This document shows positions 18,544-27,317 of a stretch of 53,232 bases of DNA, in pieces. Where the stretch lies: the NCBI GenBank assembly GCA_038208115.1, contig JBBQZC010000002.1, positions 1-53,232 on the forward strand. The letters are read 5' to 3'. The position numbers and the translations under genes are program-made. Below the pieces are notes generated by a model. That model worked only from the letters and a program-made list of their open reading frames with translations, was not told the origin of the DNA and did not search any database. Positions within the stretch are counted from its first letter, which is position 1. Every line of letters starts with the position of its first letter. This DNA is from Candidatus Moraniibacteriota bacterium (lineage in GTDB: Bacteria; Patescibacteriota; Minisyncoccia; Moranbacterales; GCA-2747515).

Positions 18544-19623
18544 TTATGCATTGAATGTTTCCAATTGCTTTTTGAACTCAATGGCATAGATCTTCCACAA
18601 TGCGATCATGAGCGCCATAACTATTGGACCAACGATAAAACCGATAAATCCAAAAAGTTGCAGACCACCTAGCGTAGCAAAAAATACTGCAAGTGTATGC
18701 ATCTGTACGTCCTTTCCTACCAATTTTGGTCGCAAAATATTATCGATTGTCGATACAAAGCCTCCAATAATGATCAAAAATATTCCTTGCCATACATATC
18801 CCAGCAGTAACATGATGATTGCAGTTGGAAAAATCACAAATCCTGCACCGACCGCAGGTATAACACTAAAGACGATCATGATCACAGTCCACAATATTGG
18901 TGATACTACGCCAGCAATGGCAAACGCTATACCTCCAATCGACCCCTGTATACACCCAATCACGACAGTACCTTTTAACGTTGCTCGTGCCATTGAAACG
19001 AATTCTTTGATTAATTTCGTCTCATGTTCATTACGCATTGGACTAATTTCCATAAATGCACGCATGATCTTCTTCCCGTCAATAAAGAAATAAAACAGTG
19101 TAAAGAACATGACAAAAAATCCGACAATACCATTGATTAATCCATGATACGCTTTTTGAAAAAAAGCGATTGATGTGTTTGCAATATTTTTTACAATGTT
19201 TGCAATTTCTGGTCCACTGACATATTCATTTAGTCGTTCCAAAGGAATACTGAGAATTGGTGCCGTAGTGATCATCGTAATAATACGCTCAATTGATTGT
19301 TGTGTAGTTGAGTTTTCCGTTGTGCTTTCAGTTATCACATGAGAAACCTCATTGACGATCAAGCCTGAGACAAACAAGATCGGTAAAATTATAGTGAATG
19401 CCACAACACACAGCATCACGGCAGATGCAATAAATGGACTGCCTATTTTCTGTGAAAGATATTCATATGGACGAACAAAAAGTACTGAAAATAACGCCGC
19501 AATAAATATCGCGCTCAGAAAAGGCTTAATAAGCAAAAATCCAGCCACTGTACCAACTGCAAGGATAGCAAGAAAGAAGTAAATATTGAGATTCTTTAGT
19601 ATCATATATTTATAAACAAACAT
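18544..19623 (-). CDS. AI-2E family transporter
   Basis: Multi-TM; FYFFIDG, QGSIGG, IDNILRPKLVG, GGLQLFGFIGFIVGP. Confidence 0.88.
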   Translation of the reverse strand: MFVYKYMILKNLNIYFFLAILAVGTVAGFLLIKPFLSAIFIAALFSVLFVRPYEYLSQKIGSPFIASAVMLCVVAFTIILPILFVSGLIVNEVSHVITESTTENSTTQQSIERIITMITTAPILSIPLERLNEYVSGPEIANIVKNIANTSIAFFQKAYHGLINGIVGFFVMFFTLFYFFIDGKKIMRAFMEISPMRNEHETKLIKEFVSMARATLKGTVVIGCIQGSIGGIAFAIAGVVSPILWTVIMIVFSVIPAVGAGFVIFPTAIIMLLLGYVWQGIFLIIIGGFVSTIDNILRPKLVGKDVQMHTLAVFFATLGGLQLFGFIGFIVGPIVMALMIALWKIYAIEFKKQLETFNA

Positions 19624-19684
19624 TAATATCTACACTTTAGCAATGCTTAGCCAGAATGTAAACAGCTACATGTTCGCTCCACGA

Positions 19685-22393
19685 CTATTTGCGATTAGTA
19701 ATTAAATCACTATTGGACGGTGTGATAAGCAAAATACTTTTACTAACCTCAAATATGATTACCTCCATCAAAGTAATGGTGCTAATCAAAAGCCATGTAT
19801 TTGCATCGAGTGGTGTGGTCCCGAGAAATTTGTTTATGACAGGAATATAAATACCAACAATCAATAATACAAATGACGCTAATACCGATATATTTACATA
19901 TTTATTATCAAAAATATCTTTTCGAAATATGAATTGACGCATACTTCGTATAACGTATACAAAAACCAAGGAGTCAAACGCAATTAGTGCAAAAGTTGCT
20001 GTGCGAGCAACATCTATATCTTTTGTAATTGAATACATCATCCAAAAAACACTAGTAGCAGCTATGCCCGACACAAAAAATACAATTATTATAAATTTCT
20101 TGTAAACATGCGATATGATTGGGTCTTTTGGATTTCGCGGTGGCTCACTCATCAATTTTTTACTATCGTACTCAGTTGTTAGTGCAATATTTGGAAAACT
20201 ATCCTCAATCATATTGATCCACAATATCTGCAATGGCAAAAGAGGTAGTGGCCAACCAAAAAGTATCGCAACAAAAAAAATAAATAATTCAGAAAAATCA
20301 TCTGCAACAAGATAAATAAACACACGTCGAATATTTTCATATATCACACGTCCCTGTTCGATCGCATGAATAATCGTGCTGAAACTGCTATCAATCAGAA
20401 TAATATCAGATACTTCTTTGGCAATGTCAGATCCCTCACCAATACTAATGCCCACATCAGATGCCTTGAGTGCAGGGGCATCATTGATGCCATCACCAAC
20501 CATTGCCACAACCTCTCCATTTTTTTGGAGGGCACGCACGATACGAATTTTGTGTTCAGGTAAGACGCGTGCAAATATTTTTGTGTATATGACACGTTTT
20601 TGCAGTTCAGCATCTGTCATATTATCAATTTCCATTCCTATACATGTATTATGGTCGGCAACATTGTGCCCGAGCTCCGCCATGATTGATTGTGCAGTGA
20701 CAACATGATCACCAGTAATCACAATTAATTGAATGCCTGCTTTTTCTGCTTTCTGCAATGATTCCTCCACATCATGTCGCAATGGATCCTTCAATGCTAT
20801 ATAGCCAACCAGAGACATGGCGTTGTAAAGATTATCTTTTGATAATCGGTCATACGTATCTCGAGTGAGTATGCGTTCGCTACATGCTAACACACGCAAT
20901 CCTTTTTGTGTCAATTCTTCAAATGTTTTCATCAATCGATCTCCCTCCAGAGAATTAATTGGCATCCGCACATTATGCACATCAATAAACGAAACTTTTT
21001 TTAACACTTGTTCTGGTGCACCCAGCATCATGACTCGCACTTTATCACCTTCCCATGCATGAACACGTATCGCGTATTTATTTTCTGATTTAAAAAATTC
21101 TTGATCTATCAACTGATAACGATTTCTAAAATCATCCACGTCAATACCAACCTGCATAGCAGCCAAAAGAAGTGCACGATCTGTTGGTCGCCCATGAACA
21201 GTCAATTGCTCCATTTCATCCTTCACATTTTCAATATATGCGTCATTAACGATAGATGCAATCGTGAGTGCTTTGACATGTCCCATGAGATCCTTATTCT
21301 TAATATGAATCTTCATTCGATCCCCCTCAAAATCAAAAAGTTCATTAGACCCTGTCAAAATATGACTCACAGCCATTTCGCCTCTTGTCAAAGTGCCTGT
21401 TTTATCTGTACAAATTGTTGTGATAGCACCCATTGTTTCACTTGCATTCAACTTACGCACTAGCGCATGTCGACGTGCTAAGCGTCTCATGCCAAAAATC
21501 AAAATAATCGTCACAGCTGGTAACAAACCCTCTGGTATAGCACTCACAGTCAGAGCGGTAGCTGCCAAAAAAATATCCTTGATGGATTGACCTCGCAAGA
21601 CTCCAATTAAGGCAAAAAGTGAAATAGCACAAAAAATCGTAGCACCTATCCTCACAGACAATTCTGCAAATTTTTTCTGCATCGGTGTTTTGATATATTC
21701 CGTGATCTGAACATAATGCGATATCTTGCCTATTTCGGTATCAATACCCGTTGCTGTTACAACATACAGTGCATGCCCCTGGGTTACACTAGTACCAGCA
21801 AAAACCATGTTCATTTGATCTGAAACAATGACATCGCCATCGATTATTTCTACCGATTTTTCCACATCATGCCATTCTCCGGTCAAAGTCGATTCGTTTA
21901 CGTAAAAATCTACTACTGATATCAATCGTCCATCTGCTGAAATGTGATCGCCAGCGATGAGATCTACGATGTCTCCCACTGCAATATCCTCAGATAGTAT
22001 TTTTTTCTTTTGTCCAGAACGAATCACACGCACATACTGTCTGATGCTTGAACGCAACTTTTCGAGTGATTTTTCGGCTTTGTTTTCTTGAAAAAAACCA
22101 ACAACTGCATTTAACAATACGACAAAAATGATAAATCCGGCGTCAATTATGTGATCAATAAAAAAGGAGATAACCGACGCAATAATCACGATATAGATCA
22201 ATGGATTATTGAATTGACGTAAAAAAATTCGTATCTGTGATAACTTTTTTGTTTGTGGTAAAACATTCTTGCCAAACGCATTGACACGACCAGACGCATC
22301 AAAATCACTCAAACCTCTTTCATTAGTTTGAAGGTGTAATAACGATGCACTTAGAGACATCATATAATATGGCTTTTGCACAAATTTTTTCAT
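19685..22393 (-). CDS. Cation-transporting P-type ATPase (type IIA-like)
   Basis: IPEGL, phosphorylation motif DKTGTLT, DPLR, TGD, FARVLPEHK, GDGINDAPALK, QILWIN. Confidence 0.93.
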   Translation of the reverse strand: MKKFVQKPYYMMSLSASLLHLQTNERGLSDFDASGRVNAFGKNVLPQTKKLSQIRIFLRQFNNPLIYIVIIASVISFFIDHIIDAGFIIFVVLLNAVVGFFQENKAEKSLEKLRSSIRQYVRVIRSGQKKKILSEDIAVGDIVDLIAGDHISADGRLISVVDFYVNESTLTGEWHDVEKSVEIIDGDVIVSDQMNMVFAGTSVTQGHALYVVTATGIDTEIGKISHYVQITEYIKTPMQKKFAELSVRIGATIFCAISLFALIGVLRGQSIKDIFLAATALTVSAIPEGLLPAVTIILIFGMRRLARRHALVRKLNASETMGAITTICTDKTGTLTRGEMAVSHILTGSNELFDFEGDRMKIHIKNKDLMGHVKALTIASIVNDAYIENVKDEMEQLTVHGRPTDRALLLAAMQVGIDVDDFRNRYQLIDQEFFKSENKYAIRVHAWEGDKVRVMMLGAPEQVLKKVSFIDVHNVRMPINSLEGDRLMKTFEELTQKGLRVLACSERILTRDTYDRLSKDNLYNAMSLVGYIALKDPLRHDVEESLQKAEKAGIQLIVITGDHVVTAQSIMAELGHNVADHNTCIGMEIDNMTDAELQKRVIYTKIFARVLPEHKIRIVRALQKNGEVVAMVGDGINDAPALKASDVGISIGEGSDIAKEVSDIILIDSSFSTIIHAIEQGRVIYENIRRVFIYLVADDFSELFIFFVAILFGWPLPLLPLQILWINMIEDSFPNIALTTEYDSKKLMSEPPRNPKDPIISHVYKKFIIIVFFVSGIAATSVFWMMYSITKDIDVARTATFALIAFDSLVFVYVIRSMRQFIFRKDIFDNKYVNISVLASFVLLIVGIYIPVINKFLGTTPLDANTWLLISTITLMEVIIFEVSKSILLITPSNSDLITNRK

Positions 22394-22434
22394 ATGTGTT
22401 TTTATTTTTCACTCACATGCCTGATATATATCAT

Positions 22435-24591
22435 CTATTTCCCCAACACAATCACATAATCCGCCTTATAGGTGCCTGTAATATCGACTGATTCTTCTAT
22501 TTTTTTATCACTATATTTTTCAGGGATCAGTGCTAATAAAGTATTAGCATTTTCTTTATTTTCCTTATAATATATAACCACTCCACTATAATCATTTTTC
22601 GCATTTTGAGGTGACTTCATGTTATAATTCTTCTCTTTAAATATATCAGAAACAGCGCCAGCAGCGCCAACTGCAGCACCTGCATTTAAAACTTGAATCG
22701 TTATATCTTTTGGTTCAATGTTGTTTTGTGTTTTTTGAATTTCTCCTGTGGTAACATTTACGTCTTCATCTTTTTTGGTATCACCAACAACCTCCACGTT
22801 ATTTTCTGAAACCTGTTTTTGTTCAGAGATCTTCTCAGTCACAACAGATTCTTCTTTGATTAATTTTTCAACAGATACTACGCTTTTTGATTTTTTATAC
22901 TCAATAAATTTTGTTGTTCCAAACCATATACCAGCACTCACCGCACATAATGTTATAATTGCAATACTAACAATACGTATATTTAATTTTTTTTCTTGCA
23001 ACTCCATCTCTTCTATATATGCTGCTTCATCATCGCGCATCCACTCTATATCAATTGCACGCGTTGTCGGTTCTGCAGATGGTTGGATTAGTGTGCTTTC
23101 TTCAGATGCATATATTATTTTTTTATTCACTGGAGTCTGCATTTGTTTTTTTACAGGTGTTTCTTGTTGTACATCAGTATTCATATCTGCGACAAGACGC
23201 TGAGGGTTTTGCGCTAATGGAATATTTTGTGACTTTATGATTGGACTCGCGTATATTTTTTGTTCACTGTTGATAGATTGTTCTTGTTGTGAGACGTTTA
23301 CCTTACTATCTTCTTTTTCTTCAGAGCTTTCTGCATTATCGCTTGTGTCATTATTCATATCATGAGGACTTGCCTGTTCTTCCTTTGGAACATGGATTGT
23401 TTCGCCAGATATCAAAATATACGGGGGATCGATTTTATTATTTGCTGCCAAATCTTTCCACGCAATATCATATTTCTGCGCGATGGAGATAATATTATCT
23501 GCATCCTGAACAATATAAGTTCCTGTGAATAAATTTTCTTCTTTTTTCTTTTTTCTAAAATTAAACATATTTTTATTTATATACTTATATAATAATGCAC
23601 AAATCATACAAAAACAAATCCCAACCAAAATAACTGTGATTAACTGCACTGGCCACACAAACATTGTAATCGGCAAACTACTCACAATCACTTCATGACC
23701 GTTCTGATCTGTATAGATAATGTTACTCAAAACGCGTACTTTTCCACCGCGAGGCAATGTGATAATCATCTTATTATCGTCTATTTCTCCAGGTAAAATA
23801 TTTCCTGACCCCTCAAAATTCATCATTTCTCCAATCCATAAAGATTCGACCGATACATTATATGCATAGGACACTTTTTCTGTACCAGTATTCGCAATCT
23901 TTATAAATGATTGATAACTATTTTTCGATCCGCTATGTAATAATCGATTCACACCAGAATATTCTATACTTTTTTCCATGCGAAACCCACTAAGATCTAA
24001 TTTTGTAATATTCTTATCAGGTACGCGATATGCTATATCAATTTTCTTGATCACTGCATTATTGTCTTTTGCCTGTGCAATTATTATAATCGCCTCATGA
24101 TCTTTTTCATCTTGTGCGATTTCGACAACGAAGGGTATTTTCACTGATTCTTTAGCTGCGATATCTACTTCCAAGATAGCGTGTCCTTCACACCACGAAA
24201 GATCACCATTCTCACTCTTTGCACAAAAATTAGCGATATCTCCATTATTTTGCTCTAATACATTTTGGGTCATCTCGTCTAATGTGCTATCAAAAAAACG
24301 TGTTTTCTCCACCAAGCTCATAACCCCTGCATCCTTCGCTTTTCGACCTTCACTATCAGTTATATATACAACATATCGCTCCTTCTTATCTCCCACATTA
24401 TCTATTTGTAACGTCGCATTACTTTTTGAACCTAATTGATAATCAAAAAGCATTCTATCGGTATCCTGTCCATTTATGAAAATACGAATGTTTGAATCGT
24501 CCACAGCAAAAACACTCACTGGGAAAAATATTAACGTGAAAATGATACAACACACATAATACATAACGCGAATCACTATTTTATTTAACAC
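22435..24591 (-). CDS. Membrane protein with LysM domain and C-terminal LytR_C-like domain
   Basis: Signal peptide (GTG start 24591 inferred), TM, LysM (YIVQDADNIISIAQKY...NNKIDPPYILISGETIHVP), second TM, LytR_C (IQVLNAG...ADYVIVLGK). Confidence 0.75.
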   Translation of the reverse strand: MLNKIVIRVMYYVCCIIFTLIFFPVSVFAVDDSNIRIFINGQDTDRMLFDYQLGSKSNATLQIDNVGDKKERYVVYITDSEGRKAKDAGVMSLVEKTRFFDSTLDEMTQNVLEQNNGDIANFCAKSENGDLSWCEGHAILEVDIAAKESVKIPFVVEIAQDEKDHEAIIIIAQAKDNNAVIKKIDIAYRVPDKNITKLDLSGFRMEKSIEYSGVNRLLHSGSKNSYQSFIKIANTGTEKVSYAYNVSVESLWIGEMMNFEGSGNILPGEIDDNKMIITLPRGGKVRVLSNIIYTDQNGHEVIVSSLPITMFVWPVQLITVILVGICFCMICALLYKYINKNMFNFRKKKKEENLFTGTYIVQDADNIISIAQKYDIAWKDLAANNKIDPPYILISGETIHVPKEEQASPHDMNNDTSDNAESSEEKEDSKVNVSQQEQSINSEQKIYASPIIKSQNIPLAQNPQRLVADMNTDVQQETPVKKQMQTPVNKKIIYASEESTLIQPSAEPTTRAIDIEWMRDDEAAYIEEMELQEKKLNIRIVSIAIITLCAVSAGIWFGTTKFIEYKKSKSVVSVEKLIKEESVVTEKISEQKQVSENNVEVVGDTKKDEDVNVTTGEIQKTQNNIEPKDITIQVLNAGAAVGAAGAVSDIFKEKNYNMKSPQNAKNDYSGVVIYYKENKENANTLLALIPEKYSDKKIEESVDITGTYKADYVIVLGK

Positions 24592-26443
24592 TTGTATTTT
24601 GCAATTCCTGGTCTCCATTACTCGAATCAATAGAATCAGATGAGATCTCAAACTTTGTTTTTGTAAACTGATCAACACCAGACATTTTTTGCGTATTAAG
24701 AATTTTTAGTGGAACACCAATTTGATTAATGCTTGGTACGACACTTACATCAAATGTCATTGTGCGAGACTCTTTGGTAACACCCGTCCCATGTGGCACG
24801 TCACCCACATTCCACGTCAATTCATTCGTGCGCTCATTGAAAATCAATCCTTCTTTATTTAGACTTTCAAATTTTATTTGTGTTGGCAAAGGTATTAAAA
24901 CTGAGACACCTCCAATATCGTTATTGATACTATCAATTTTCATTGAAACCGTATATATCGTTTTTTCACCCACCTTCAATGCTTGTGATCCTGCACTATA
25001 GGTCAGATTCTTATTAAAAACCACTTTTGCACCAACAGGGATTGTCAAAACATTACTGAGAACTGATTTATTTTCTCGCAATTCCGATGGAATGCTCTCG
25101 CTATCGATTGTCGCTATCGAAGATATGGCAAAATTGAAGTCCTTTTCACTACTGATTGGCAAATTTTTAAGTACAGGTACGCTAAAATATATTTCACCAG
25201 ACGCATTCGGTTCCACTAATTTGAGAGCTGGAACATCTGATGCCTTCCACGTTATTCTCCGATTTGTCTGATCATAGTCACCACCATTACCCAATTCTAA
25301 TAGCTGATAATCTAATGCATTCCCTTCAAGATTCAACGTAACGATCACATCGCGTAACGTAACACTGCTATTATTGATATACTGCAGCGTATATGTCAAC
25401 TGATCGCCAGCATAGACGACAGACTTATTTTCCTTGATGCTTTGTTGTATGACAAACGGTGATTGAGTTACTCGTGGCGCATAATTTGCTTTGGCATATT
25501 CCACAGATTCTGAGGAAGTGTCTTGTGCAAGCACGCGCATTTCAAAAGCATACACTGAACCACCTACGACATTTAAACCTCCACGCACATTTACAATCGC
25601 TTCTCCTTTAGCAGGAATTTTATCAATAATCCACACATTGCCATAATTTGGTGATGGGAATGCGTTATTGATTGAAAATGCCTTTGGCATATCCACCACA
25701 AATTTTAATTTTGACACTTCTTCATTGCTCGTATTGCGAATTTTGAATACGATATTCATCAAATTACCACTGACAATCTCACTCGGTGCTTCCACATCGA
25801 TCACGATGGGTGACGATGACATTGTCGTTGCAGCTCGGGCATCTGTAGTATATTGTGCATTCGTTTTTTCTGGAGCATATCGGAGAGAACCTGCAATTGC
25901 ATTAACAGCATCAGTCGGTCCCGTAAAATATCCTGCCAGAACAAACTTACCACTCTCATGTCCATCAATGTCACCGATTGAAATTATACCCTGATTATCA
26001 CTCGTACGTTCAAAATGATCTTGTTCTTTTGTTGGCACAAAATAATCTCCAAATTGAACCAATATTTCAGCATTCAAAAGTTGCGCTCGATTATCATTAT
26101 TGTATACAAAAGTAATCTCTGTGATCTTATTACTATCGATTATTTGTGGAGCTTCCATCATCAGTGATACACGTTCTTGCGAGAAAAATCCATATTGAAA
26201 ATATACAAAAAATGCAACCAACAAAAGAACTACACAAAGAACACCGATGAAAATACCACTGATAACAATTGCTTTTTTCCGTGTTTTTTTTACGACTTCT
26301 TTTTCTCCATATTTTTGCCACGGCTTTTCTTCTACTGTTTCCTCTTTTGACTGCCACACATCATAAACCGTTGTATCATGAGGTCGATTTATCACTTTTG
26401 AATCACGCTCTTGCAGATCTTTTTCTATTTCACTAAGAGACAT
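24581..26443 (-). CDS. Membrane-anchored beta-rich protein with DUF11-like Ig domains
   Basis: Single N-terminal TM then repeated beta-sandwich patterns (GDQLTYTLQYIN, LTWNVGDV). Confidence 0.65.
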   Translation of the reverse strand: MSLSEIEKDLQERDSKVINRPHDTTVYDVWQSKEETVEEKPWQKYGEKEVVKKTRKKAIVISGIFIGVLCVVLLLVAFFVYFQYGFFSQERVSLMMEAPQIIDSNKITEITFVYNNDNRAQLLNAEILVQFGDYFVPTKEQDHFERTSDNQGIISIGDIDGHESGKFVLAGYFTGPTDAVNAIAGSLRYAPEKTNAQYTTDARAATTMSSSPIVIDVEAPSEIVSGNLMNIVFKIRNTSNEEVSKLKFVVDMPKAFSINNAFPSPNYGNVWIIDKIPAKGEAIVNVRGGLNVVGGSVYAFEMRVLAQDTSSESVEYAKANYAPRVTQSPFVIQQSIKENKSVVYAGDQLTYTLQYINNSSVTLRDVIVTLNLEGNALDYQLLELGNGGDYDQTNRRITWKASDVPALKLVEPNASGEIYFSVPVLKNLPISSEKDFNFAISSIATIDSESIPSELRENKSVLSNVLTIPVGAKVVFNKNLTYSAGSQALKVGEKTIYTVSMKIDSINNDIGGVSVLIPLPTQIKFESLNKEGLIFNERTNELTWNVGDVPHGTGVTKESRTMTFDVSVVPSINQIGVPLKILNTQKMSGVDQFTKTKFEISSDSIDSSNGDQELQNTSVK

Positions 26444-26576
26444 ATTTGTATCTTTATTATTTAAAAGACAAAGAAAATATCCTTCCTTTTATTATATTTA
26501 TCACCAATACATTTGACGCAACTAAAAAAATACACCCTATGTATAAGCACTATTATTATAACAGATTTTCAACAAA

Positions 26577-27317
26577 TTACCGCATGACCCATCTCTCGAT
26601 ATCATCCACAACACGAAATAATTGTGTATTTACTCTTCTATGAACTACTAATTTATGTAATACATCGAAATGATTATCACAAATGACGCGTAAAGATTTA
26701 ATCGTATCTACATCAATATACAGACAATGCTGAAAATTCTTCACACAGACATCACAAAGCACGCCACCATGATATGCGCTAAATCCATTTTGTGTACCAG
26801 TCATTTTATCGTGACACAAACAACATGATTTTACATGAAATATATATCCAAGCCGACCAAATAACTGTACCGCAAAAGCATTTGTCATCCAATCCATTTT
26901 TTCTGTGATATCGTCGCAGTATTCATAGGTTGATAGATGTTCTATATGATGCAAATACATCGACAATAAAAGAAATATTTCTTGGTCAGGCTCATGTTCA
27001 CGCACGCTAGACAAAAATAAATGCCGTGCTTTGTCAATGCAACTTAATGCATAGTAATGACTTCGCAAAGAAGAAAAATATTCTTCTGCGACAGCACCTG
27101 CCAGTATGCCATATCCATTTTTCTTTGCAATTGTGATATGTGTTAACATAAAATCCTCCACTTGTGACGCCAATCGTGCATCACTCTTGCGAATGGACCG
27201 TGCAAGCACACGCATCAAACCATTTTCATGCGTATAAAATGTATAAAAACGATCTGTCTCACCGACATCTCTTTTATCGAGTGTAATTGCATGATAATTT
27301 TGTTTGACATCCATCAT
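26577..27317 (-). CDS. recO: DNA repair protein RecO
   Basis: GETDRFYTFYTHENG, ARSIRK, Zn finger CCLC...GGVLCDVC. Confidence 0.9.
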   Translation of the reverse strand: MMDVKQNYHAITLDKRDVGETDRFYTFYTHENGLMRVLARSIRKSDARLASQVEDFMLTHITIAKKNGYGILAGAVAEEYFSSLRSHYYALSCIDKARHLFLSSVREHEPDQEIFLLLSMYLHHIEHLSTYEYCDDITEKMDWMTNAFAVQLFGRLGYIFHVKSCCLCHDKMTGTQNGFSAYHGGVLCDVCVKNFQHCLYIDVDTIKSLRVICDNHFDVLHKLVVHRRVNTQLFRVVDDIERWVMR

